DNA from: an uncultured Candidatus Peregrinibacteria bacterium
Lineage (GTDB): Bacteria > Patescibacteriota > Gracilibacteria > UBA1369 > LOWO2-01-FULL-3
Reading direction: 5' to 3'
Assembly: GCA_903847465.1 (NCBI GenBank)
Contig: CAINDQ010000038.1
Coordinates: forward strand, 1 to 39,204
DNA length: 39,204 bases
The stretch's first letter is position 1. Each line of letters opens with the position of its first letter. This document shows, in pieces, positions 30,966 to 38,703 of the stretch. A program made the translations under genes and the position numbers. The notes below the pieces were generated by a model. It saw nothing but the letters and a program-made list of their open reading frames with translations, was not told the origin of the DNA and made no database searches.

Positions 30966-31655
30966 ATGGCAAATTTAGCAGACGCACCCTCTCAAGAAGA
31001 GGCTCTTTCTTACGCTGTCCAAGTATTCACAGACTTGACCCAGCCCCAACGTTTGACTCTTCTTAGGACTGTCCGCACTCATCTCGAGAGATCACAATAT
31101 GATTGTTTAGCGGTCGTTCCAAATAGATTAATTGTGGAAAATGTTTTGAATAGAATTGAAACCGAAATGACCAGAAAAACTGAAGTCTCATGGCCAAGAC
31201 GTCCAAAAGAAATCCACGGCAACCCAGAAGAAATAACTGCTGTGACAACTTTGATCGCCGAAATTCGCGCAATGATCTCGTTTGAAACAATGCCTGTGCC
31301 AGAAAACCATTTTCAACCTTCAACAGAATTAATCAGATTTTTTGGGACACTTACCGACAGACAATTCTCCGGACTAATCTACCTTGTAAAAGAAATGCGT
31401 GACGTCAAAGCTTGCAGAAAAAGATTCCACTCGGTAGTGGACGAACACTTCATGAATAGTCGCATGGGAATTGCTGACGAAATGACGATGTACCCTAAAC
31501 TTCTCAATAACGGAGACTTCGAATTATTCTTACGCTCTATAAAAAAGTCTCTTTTAGCCGAAATCGTCGCCATGGATTTTCAAGAGCTCACCAAACTCGA
31601 AGAATCTTTAGAAGAACTACGCCGTATAAAATACGCTCAAGGCAGAGTCAGATAA
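30966..31655 (+). CDS. hypothetical soluble helical protein (229 aa; an in-frame TTG at 30876 is an alternative start)
   Basis: This is the ATG-initiated part of track ORF 30825..31655. The TTG at 30825 is itself the -35 hexamer of the predicted promoter. No motif was recognised. Confidence 0.5.
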   Translation: MANLADAPSQEEALSYAVQVFTDLTQPQRLTLLRTVRTHLERSQYDCLAVVPNRLIVENVLNRIETEMTRKTEVSWPRRPKEIHGNPEEITAVTTLIAEIRAMISFETMPVPENHFQPSTELIRFFGTLTDRQFSGLIYLVKEMRDVKACRKRFHSVVDEHFMNSRMGIADEMTMYPKLLNNGDFELFLRSIKKSLLAEIVAMDFQELTKLEESLEELRRIKYAQGRVR

Positions 31656-31680
31656 ATTCATCAACGCCAGCCAGTTCTCT

Positions 31681-32859
31681 TTAATTCAATATATACGCTT
31701 TCAGCGGTGGGAAGCCATTAAAGTACACTGAACTATACGATTGTGTATAAGCGCCAGCGGACAAGAAGTAGACTTTATCGCCTTCCTTCATGCCGTGTGG
31801 AAACTTGTACTGATAACGTTCGTACAAAATATCCATGCTGTCGCAAGTTGGCCCAGCAATAATATATTTGTCAGTATTTCGATCACTTAATTTGGCTTTT
31901 TCCCAGAAAATTGGATACTTGATAGATTCATCAATCGTCTCAATCATTCCACCAAACTTTCCAATATCCAAATACAACCATTTGTATTCATCCAATCTGG
32001 ATTTTTGAGAAATCATCACAATTTCACTCACCAAAACTCCCGCATCACCAACCATCGAACGTCCTGGTTCAATCAAAATCTCTGGCATATCATCACCGAA
32101 ATCCTCATGTAAGAATTTTGTAACCTCCTTGGTGTAAACATCCAAAGCATAAGTAGGATGAACATATGGAGTTGGGAAACCTCCTCCCAAATTGATCGCC
32201 TGCAATTTGATTTTGTACTGCTTCAGCGCATCAAATAAATATTTGCAAAGAGAAACCGCCTTATCCCATTGTCCAATGTCACGTTGTTGAGAACCAACAT
32301 GGAAAGATAGTCCGTAAGGAATCACATTCAATTTGCTTGCCTTCATAATCATCTGATAAACCATGTCTGGATGCGCTCCAAACTTTCGTGACAAAGGCCA
32401 ATCCGCATTTCCTCCTTCAAGCAGTAAGCGGAACAAAATTTTCGAACCTGGAGCATTCTTGGCTATTTTTTCCACATCGCCATATGAATCCGTAGCATAC
32501 AAACGAATTCCTTTTTTGTAAGCATAGGCAATATCTTTTGCTTTTTTGATTGGGTTTCCATAACTCAATCTCTTTGGGTTAATGCCCAAACGCAAACATT
32601 GATCAATTTCATAAATAGAAGCGACATCAAAATTTGATCCTTTTGTTTCCAAAAGCTTTATAATGTCGTCATGTGGATTTGCCTTTACCGCATAGTAAAT
32701 TTTGGCATAAGACAAATTCTTGCTGAGTGTCTCATAATTTTTAGCCACTCTTTTCAAATCAACTACAACGAACGGAGTTTCTTTTCCCTTGATGAATTCC
32801 TTTAGTCTTTTTACCTCATCGGTACTGAGATAAGTGTTGATAGAATGTTTTTCTTTCAT
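31681..32859 (-). CDS. ornithine decarboxylase, alanine-racemase-fold (group IV, eukaryotic-type) PLP enzyme; ornithine/lysine specificity unresolved
   Basis: IYYAVKANP carries the PLP-binding Lys. Other motifs: FDVASIYEI, HVGSQQ, NLGGGFP, GPTCDSMD (ODC-type rather than the LysA-type CESGD) and LSAGAYT. The start was set at ATG 32859; the track's TTG at 32913 adds 18 aa. Confidence 0.85.
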   Translation of the reverse strand: MKEKHSINTYLSTDEVKRLKEFIKGKETPFVVVDLKRVAKNYETLSKNLSYAKIYYAVKANPHDDIIKLLETKGSNFDVASIYEIDQCLRLGINPKRLSYGNPIKKAKDIAYAYKKGIRLYATDSYGDVEKIAKNAPGSKILFRLLLEGGNADWPLSRKFGAHPDMVYQMIMKASKLNVIPYGLSFHVGSQQRDIGQWDKAVSLCKYLFDALKQYKIKLQAINLGGGFPTPYVHPTYALDVYTKEVTKFLHEDFGDDMPEILIEPGRSMVGDAGVLVSEIVMISQKSRLDEYKWLYLDIGKFGGMIETIDESIKYPIFWEKAKLSDRNTDKYIIAGPTCDSMDILYERYQYKFPHGMKEGDKVYFLSAGAYTQSYSSVYFNGFPPLKAYILN

Positions 32860-32963
32860 GCTTGGTTGTTTTGTTAGACTGTACCCAAACGGGCCCTGGC
32901 ATAAATTTATCAAGACCCACTTTAGACGGTTCTCAAAAAAAATAAATAGTATTTTTTTAACCC

Positions 32964-32992
32964 TTGACTTTCTGGCTTCTGCATGGCAAAAT
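32964..32992 (+). promoter_or_regulatory. sigma70-like promoter for the kinase gene
   Basis: TTGACT (32964..32969), a 17-nt spacer, then CAAAAT (32987..32992). An A/T palindrome lies just upstream. The predicted leader to ATG 33021 is about 22 nt. Confidence 0.5.
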
Positions 32993-33020
32993 CTCGCACT
33001 CTAATTTTTTAAATAACCAA

Positions 33021-34055
33021 ATGAGGGCACCGTCAGCAACACCACAGTCCCCAGCCGAGGAATCAGCAGGGCAAACAGCTTTGCCTTCTGAGAAAACAAG
33101 GCAACCAGAAATAACCTTTCCGGAGGTACCTTCGATAAAAGATGCCATCGCGGCATTGCTGGCTGGTAAATTTTCTATAAATGACGGTGTCGAACCACCA
33201 ATAATCGAATCCTCAGAATCGGCCCCTTCAACTCCGCATATTGCAAAAAACATTTGGACCTCTCTAACATATGCATTGAGAAATTTGTTCTCTATTGAGC
33301 AAGAACTTCAAAACAAATTTCTATCCACCGAAGCCATGCAAGAAATTGACGAACTTTTAAGAGCAGCCATTACCCTTGTTAGAACATCCCGCAAAAGCTG
33401 CCCTACCTTTGAAGCTCTATTTGATCACAATAGTGATTTCGGACTATTTACCCTTATTACTTTCCGCATTCCAAAACTAACCTCTCAGGAAGAAGCAGAA
33501 AGAATCGAAGCCAAAGACCTAATCAAAAAATATCTCCGCAGTCTAATAGCCACCATCTCAGCAACCAAATTTTGGGCAGAAGGAGAAAAACTCGAAAGCA
33601 AACCGGTAAACCTCCACGATTTAATAGAAGAAATAACTCCTAGCTTAAACATAGAATTCATAGTTACCGAAGAATCCATTGTTCAAATCGATGTCCCTAA
33701 AGATCTAGTGATTTCCGCCGATCCTTATACCCTTCAAGCGCTTTTGGAAAATATGGTCAAAAATGCCGCCGTTCATGGAGACGCCTTAAGATTGAAAATT
33801 GTGGGCAGCCGCCAATCCGATAAAATAGCCACAATCGAAGTTAGTGATGATGGCCCAGGAGTAAATGCAAACATCGCTCCGCGTATTTTTGATTGGAAAG
33901 TAACCGACGGGAAAGGCTCAGGCTTAGGCCTTGCCAATGGAATAGAACGCATGGCTCAAATGGGTGGAACCATGACGCTCGAACCAAACGGTGGCCTCGA
34001 AAACGAACTCGGCTCTAAAGGCGCAAAATTCATCATGACATTTGCGATCGCTTAA
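33021..34055 (+). CDS. soluble orphan histidine kinase, HisKA_2-like H-box plus HATPase_c (344 aa)
   Basis: H-box-like PHIAKNIWTSL (H-x-x-K-N, His codon at 33237..33239). N box LLENMVKNAAVHG. G1 box SDDGPGV. F box IF. G2 box GKGSGLGLANG. No TM helix, PAS or GAF domain is visible, and the N-terminal ~70 aa are P/S/E-rich. Confidence 0.8.
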   Translation: MRAPSATPQSPAEESAGQTALPSEKTRQPEITFPEVPSIKDAIAALLAGKFSINDGVEPPIIESSESAPSTPHIAKNIWTSLTYALRNLFSIEQELQNKFLSTEAMQEIDELLRAAITLVRTSRKSCPTFEALFDHNSDFGLFTLITFRIPKLTSQEEAERIEAKDLIKKYLRSLIATISATKFWAEGEKLESKPVNLHDLIEEITPSLNIEFIVTEESIVQIDVPKDLVISADPYTLQALLENMVKNAAVHGDALRLKIVGSRQSDKIATIEVSDDGPGVNANIAPRIFDWKVTDGKGSGLGLANGIERMAQMGGTMTLEPNGGLENELGSKGAKFIMTFAIA

Positions 34056-34070
34056 TTAAAAAATCCTTTT

Positions 34071-35387
34071 TTACATTCCAACCACTCGAGCTATCCTCTC
34101 CCGAGCACCTTTTATAGGTTCGGCAACTTTTGGTTTAAGATCCGGTCCTCCATGAGGCACCTCGTCTTCCCTAATTTTCGGAGAAGCAACTTCTACATTT
34201 CTCATCGCTTCCAAAAGAATAGTTCGCAAATAAGGCCCTGCATTCTCAAATTGAGCGAAATGATTTGAAGCAAAAACGCTCACTATTTGTCCTGACTTAT
34301 CAACTGTTCCCGTAATCATTCCCAATTCTCTCGGCAAACCAATTACCACCAAAAGCCCGCCATCCTCTCGCTCACTTGGCATAATCGTTACCAGACAACT
34401 TTCCGTACCATATTCTTTTACGCAAGCATTCCCAATAATCATATCCGAGGCCACAACTTTCACTTTTGGCTCTGGCGCTTTTGGACCTCTTTCGTACTTT
34501 GTATACTTACCAGAATATCTATTTCTAACAACTTCGCTAACTATTTTTCTCGCTGAAATTTTTGGACCTCTTATTTTTTCCCAAGTCCCTTTTGAAGAGG
34601 AAAGTTTCACGTTATAAATATCCACAATAGTAACTGAACCGGGAGAGCCTTCGTGAGATAATTTCACTTCAGCTTCTATAACCCCATTATCATCAGGCAA
34701 AGTGATTTCACAATTTATCTCTCTAAACCTATTATCAAGACTTTGTTTCACTCTACATGGCTTCTCAAAGCCAGAAACAACTGTTTCAAAAGTTGCAAAT
34801 TTTGCATCAGGAGTTTCTACTCTTTCATCAGCATGCTTTCTGACTCGATGCACTTCCCCATATAATTCGATCGTTTCTGTTCTCGTGTGTTCCATCAATT
34901 CATCAATTGCTTCCATGTCCAACATTCCCCTTCCCAAAACAAAAGACCTCGCCCCTTTTCTTTCAGGAGCTGGAGCTCCCGCTTCCTTGTTGTTACTTTG
35001 AAAAGTGTTTAGAGCATCCATCGCCATATCGCTCGGCTCATGCTCGATACTGCTGTCCGGATTATTTGGGAAGGTTGCGAAGCATCCTCCAATTCTATTA
35101 TTGTTCACCGACGCCGTCACCACTCCACCACCTCTCGGCAAAGTGATTTCAATTTCGCTAGGCAATCCATTTGTGCCCGTTCGAATAACAACCGTACTAT
35201 CGCTACCTCTTCTGCTTCTTACTTTTGCCGTTCCAGTGTCCACACCTTCCATTCTTTTCAAGATTTCCAATTCCGAACCCCAGTCAATAACGCCTGTTTG
35301 AAAATCAACCTTTATCGGTGCAAGTTCCCTCACTGCTTCCGGAGCCGCTGGAGCCTTTTGTTTTCTAGCAAGTAAACCTTCAATCAT
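34071..35387 (-). CDS. hypothetical soluble protein with three weakly similar internal modules (438 aa)
   Basis: The recurring module core is EIEITLPRGGGVVTASV / NCEITLPDDNGVIEAEV / LLVVIGLPRELGMITGTV. The start lies 14 nt downstream of the preceding gene, so co-transcription is probable. Confidence 0.65.
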   Translation of the reverse strand: MIEGLLARKQKAPAAPEAVRELAPIKVDFQTGVIDWGSELEILKRMEGVDTGTAKVRSRRGSDSTVVIRTGTNGLPSEIEITLPRGGGVVTASVNNNRIGGCFATFPNNPDSSIEHEPSDMAMDALNTFQSNNKEAGAPAPERKGARSFVLGRGMLDMEAIDELMEHTRTETIELYGEVHRVRKHADERVETPDAKFATFETVVSGFEKPCRVKQSLDNRFREINCEITLPDDNGVIEAEVKLSHEGSPGSVTIVDIYNVKLSSSKGTWEKIRGPKISARKIVSEVVRNRYSGKYTKYERGPKAPEPKVKVVASDMIIGNACVKEYGTESCLVTIMPSEREDGGLLVVIGLPRELGMITGTVDKSGQIVSVFASNHFAQFENAGPYLRTILLEAMRNVEVASPKIREDEVPHGGPDLKPKVAEPIKGARERIARVVGM

Positions 35388-35401
35388 TTTGAGTTCTTTT
35401 A

Positions 35402-36697
35402 TTATCTAAAAAATCCCTCATGTGGCCATTGTCTTTCCCCTACATTTCCGGCAATTTGAGCGGCTTCTCTTTCTGCTTTTGTCATTTTCCTAACATACGC
35501 AATATCTGTACTCCACGAAGTCCCACCTCTTCTATCCCAATCTGCCTCGTAGGAGCTTCTCAATTCTGGATTTTTTAACTGATAAATAGGTCTATCAGCT
35601 GCGAAAACCAAAGGAATCCCTTTGAACATTCTGTCGAACAACACTTGTCTATCCTCATAGTCCATCACAATATCTCTATCGTTGAAAGTTCTGCCTACTT
35701 CCACTGGAAATAACTTCATTTTTTGCCCATGGAGAACTGAAGTTGGAAACTCAACAAGGGCTCTCTCTTTTTTATAACCCTTTGTAAAATCAAAACCACT
35801 TTGGGCCAATTTTTTAACCATCACATACATCCTGCTGGCCGCATCTAAATAATAAAATGGATATTCTGTTCCCTTTCCCATCTCCGCAATATCACGAAGA
35901 TTGTAAATCATACTGTCATAATATTTTCTGTTTTCCGGAGTAAGAGTTGCATTTAAATTCTCGACAGTCATTTGTTCTTGAGCTTCCGCAAGCGCCCTTT
36001 CAAAACCCTTTGTTCCATGTTCCATCGCGCTAGTTAATTTTTTCTTTCTTGGGCCATCGGGAATTTCAGAAGATCTTGCTGGTTGAGTTTCCTCTGGATC
36101 ATTAGGCTTCTTGTCTCTTTCTTCCTCACGTCTTCTGTCCTCAGCCACTTTGGCATATCTTATTACGAGTGCAGTCTGAAGTTCTTCAAAAGTTCTTGCT
36201 CCTTTAAAAATCTGATTTAAATCTGAAGAGCTCATCTTTCCTTGTTGGCCAAGTATTGAAGTTATAACGCGCCCTTGAGTCTCGATTTGAACAAGATGCT
36301 CGTCGTTTCGACTAATCACCGCATTCCAAGCATCAACTTCCTGAGAATGCCTGACTGGCAAACGTGAAGAAGTAGCATGATCCACCAATTTATCTGCAAC
36401 AACTGAATCAAGTAAGAATTGGTCTGGATTAGCTTTCGGATCAATATCCGTCAAAGATCCATTTCTAAATCCGTACAGAGAAGAATTATACGCGCTCTGT
36501 TGAATTCTTGTTAACGGACCATACATTTGCTCAGGATTTCTCTGAGTATACTCAGAAGTTCTTGGAGAAGCTTCTGGGGCTACCGGAGAAACATCTGGAA
36601 GCTTTGGGGCATCCGGAGTTTTTGGAACATCTACGGGACTAGCATTGTCGGGATTTTCAGGAGCATCCCCTTCTGGGCTTGTTGGTTGTCCTGCCAT
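35402..36697 (-). CDS. hypothetical protein with a Pro-rich low-complexity N-terminus (431 aa)
   Basis: The protein starts MAGQPTSPEGDAPENPDNASPVDVPKTPDAPKLPDVSPVAPEASP. A central RRREEERDKK charged linker follows, then a C-terminal globular-looking part. The gene has its own promoter at 36730..36758. Confidence 0.65.
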   Translation of the reverse strand: MAGQPTSPEGDAPENPDNASPVDVPKTPDAPKLPDVSPVAPEASPRTSEYTQRNPEQMYGPLTRIQQSAYNSSLYGFRNGSLTDIDPKANPDQFLLDSVVADKLVDHATSSRLPVRHSQEVDAWNAVISRNDEHLVQIETQGRVITSILGQQGKMSSSDLNQIFKGARTFEELQTALVIRYAKVAEDRRREEERDKKPNDPEETQPARSSEIPDGPRKKKLTSAMEHGTKGFERALAEAQEQMTVENLNATLTPENRKYYDSMIYNLRDIAEMGKGTEYPFYYLDAASRMYVMVKKLAQSGFDFTKGYKKERALVEFPTSVLHGQKMKLFPVEVGRTFNDRDIVMDYEDRQVLFDRMFKGIPLVFAADRPIYQLKNPELRSSYEADWDRRGGTSWSTDIAYVRKMTKAEREAAQIAGNVGERQWPHEGFFR

Positions 36698-36729
36698 ATA
36701 AAGAGTGATTAATGTATTTATTATAACTT

Positions 36730-36758
36730 ATCATAACACAAATAAGCGTCTTTGTAAA
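36730..36758 (-). promoter_or_regulatory. sigma70-like promoter for 35402..36697 (and probably 34071..35387)
   Basis: Minus strand: TTTACA (36758..36753), a 17-nt spacer, then TATGAT (36735..36730). The predicted leader is about 26 nt. Confidence 0.5.
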
Positions 36759-36799
36759 CCAATCCGCTCGCTCAAAACCCAGTCAGGTCAGCCTATTCC

Positions 36800-37636
36800 T
36801 TACACAATCCTCGACATCAACCCAGAAGCCGCAGCAATAACCTTTCTAGTCCATGCTGTAATCACCCATGGATGCATTTCGGCATAAATTTTCTTAAGAT
36901 TTTCTTCGTTTTCCACCAATTTTTTATGTGCCTCAAGCCTTTCCTCTTCAAGCATTCCCGTCTTAGTCCATGTTGGCTGTTCTCGCTTTTCAACATCGTA
37001 ATGATTATCAATCGCTCTAGCCAAAAGCCTTTTTGTCGACTCCAAAGTGTCCTCAATTCTCAAAGAAACATCAGAACCGTTTCCACGCAAAGCTCTCTCC
37101 GCAGCTAGAAACAATTCATAAGCCCTGTGTTCCCATGAAATTGCCTTTTCTTGATCACTGCGCCCATCAAGACTCTCTCTAACCAAAGTTTGTCTATTAA
37201 GACGAGTTCCACGCTCGTTAACTGGTTTATTTGGTTGCATCACGGCATAAATTTTCCTGATATTTCGCATTCTTTTCTCGTGTTTTTGCGTAAGCTCGGC
37301 CACCACAGCTCCAATATCTCTCTGAACTTTTACGCGTCCAGGATTTTTCTTGATTATTTCCGCCCTCGCCACCTCCATTTCCAATCTAGTTTGATGCGCT
37401 CTGGTCAATAATTCTCTCAAATCTCGGACTTCATCTCCCATATCCGTAATTCCGTCGCCCTTTCTCAAAGTTCCCGAAGGATTATTCCCTTCCAAGGCTT
37501 GATCGGCATCAAATAACAATTCCGATCCGCGGACTCTCCACGACTCAGCTATCTGTTCAGGAGTCTCCCTCTCGTCTTCAGGCACATCCTCCTGCGCAAC
37601 CCCGCGACGCTCTGTAAAATCTTCACTGTATGACAT
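36800..37636 (-). CDS. hypothetical helical protein made of two tandem ~125-aa repeats (278 aa)
   Basis: Repeat 1 reads ESWRVRGSELLFDADQALEGN...LRELLTRA...KHEKRMRNIRKIYAVMQP. Repeat 2 reads ISWEHRAYELFLAAERALRGN...TKRLLARA...AHKKLVENEENLKKIYAEMHP. Confidence 0.65.
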   Translation of the reverse strand: MSYSEDFTERRGVAQEDVPEDERETPEQIAESWRVRGSELLFDADQALEGNNPSGTLRKGDGITDMGDEVRDLRELLTRAHQTRLEMEVARAEIIKKNPGRVKVQRDIGAVVAELTQKHEKRMRNIRKIYAVMQPNKPVNERGTRLNRQTLVRESLDGRSDQEKAISWEHRAYELFLAAERALRGNGSDVSLRIEDTLESTKRLLARAIDNHYDVEKREQPTWTKTGMLEEERLEAHKKLVENEENLKKIYAEMHPWVITAWTRKVIAAASGLMSRIV

Positions 37637-37669
37637 AAATTTGATTAAAATTTAACTTTTCAAGGCGAT

Positions 37670-37733
37670 ATCCTACGGCGTTTTACTCACAAAGTCAACG
37701 CGAACTTGACTTTTCCCCAAAATATACTAAAAT
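37670..37733. promoter_or_regulatory. back-to-back divergent promoters for 36800..37636(-) and 37756..38703(+)
   Basis: Minus strand: TTGACT (37698..37693), 17-nt spacer, TAGGAT (37675..37670). Plus strand: TTGACT (37706..37711), 16-nt spacer, TAAAAT (37728..37733). The two -35 hexamers form the inverted repeat AGTCAA-cgcgaac-TTGACT. Confidence 0.55.
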
Positions 37734-37755
37734 AATCGTCCTTGTCACAAATTTT

Positions 37756-38703
37756 ATGCTTAAATCTTTCAATAAATCTTACGGCGATGCTCGAATAAAG
37801 GTCGGCGACGAACCTCATGTGGACCTTTTTGCGACAGACCTACGCGCACGTGACGGCTACAAAGAAGCCGTCGAACCAGCAATTGCCCTAGACCGCACTT
37901 TTGAATTGGAAGAGGAGATTTTTTCGGACGTGGAAAGTGCAACTGTTGCCGAAGGCCATTCTACTATTCGCAGAAGGGCTCATCCCGCTCTTAGGGCTAT
38001 CGCCGGATTTGCTTTTGAAGAATATGGTCTCCCTACCGCAAATGGCGTTGAAATAGGCTCAGGCCCATTGGGATACATGACAAATGCGCTCTTGCCAAAA
38101 ACTGTAGATAGAAAAAGTTGGAGAGAAGTCGAAATAAACCCTCTATCGGTAGCGAAAAATCAAAGACTCCATCCTGACTCCAGAATAATTCAAGGTTCTT
38201 ATCAAAGATTAGCTGAAGTTTTAGGAGAAAATTCTGTAAATCTTGTCGCAGGATTATCCTCACTAGATTCAACCACAAACATCGACAACGTCGCAGAACA
38301 AATCAGGCTATCCTTAGTCGAAGGCGGCTATTTACTGCACGTCCAGGACATTCAGCCATCCCCAAGCACCACTCTTCACGAACTTCGCACCATGGGAGAA
38401 GGTCTTCCTCATGTTCAATTTAGAAACCGCTACTCCTCATTTGGCGAAACCTTTTTCGTAGGGAATAATCACTCCGAACCAATTTCAACAACCGAGCTTT
38501 TCAGAAGAAGAATGGGCAGAATTTTTTGTCCAAAAAATGGTTTTGAACAAGTCTTAAATCACTGGATCACCGCCGCCGTTCCGAGCGGACGCCCAGATTC
38601 TTATGTCTTTCATGGAGGGAAAGATCTTGTCCTTAAATTGCCAAAAGGAGAAACCCAAATGGACTTCGCCTCAGCAGTAGTTACTATTGCTAGAAAAATT
38701 TAA
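37756..38703 (+). CDS. class I SAM-dependent methyltransferase-like protein (315 aa)
   Basis: NGVEIGSGPLGYM resembles motif I (E/D.G.G.G). WREVEINP supplies the acidic end of beta2. NLVAGLSSLDS and LVEGGYLLHVQD resemble motifs II and III. The substrate is not inferable. Confidence 0.55.
   Translation: MLKSFNKSYGDARIKVGDEPHVDLFATDLRARDGYKEAVEPAIALDRTFELEEEIFSDVESATVAEGHSTIRRRAHPALRAIAGFAFEEYGLPTANGVEIGSGPLGYMTNALLPKTVDRKSWREVEINPLSVAKNQRLHPDSRIIQGSYQRLAEVLGENSVNLVAGLSSLDSTTNIDNVAEQIRLSLVEGGYLLHVQDIQPSPSTTLHELRTMGEGLPHVQFRNRYSSFGETFFVGNNHSEPISTTELFRRRMGRIFCPKNGFEQVLNHWITAAVPSGRPDSYVFHGGKDLVLKLPKGETQMDFASAVVTIARKI

Noticed and set aside
32957-33253. The 98-aa minus-strand ORF antisense to the 5' end of the kinase gene, and the TTG 32964 start of the kinase ORF.
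   Set aside because: The antisense ORF has no start context and covers the kinase promoter and coding region. The TTG at 32964 is the -35 hexamer (TTGACT) of the promoter feeding ATG 33021.
33237-33290. A degenerate histidine kinase with the phospho-acceptor His replaced by Tyr (aligning LTYALRNLF to SHELRTPL).
   Set aside because: A better fit is the HisKA_2/HWE-type box H-x-x-K-N at PHIAKN, 10 residues upstream. It supplies a proper His, so the His-to-Tyr idea is probably an alignment artefact.
38690-38703. The 14-nt tail-to-tail overlap of the convergent genes 37756..38703(+) and 38690..39204(-).
   Set aside because: This is real in the sequence but is a common compaction feature. No hairpin or other signal was seen there, so it was not promoted to a finding.
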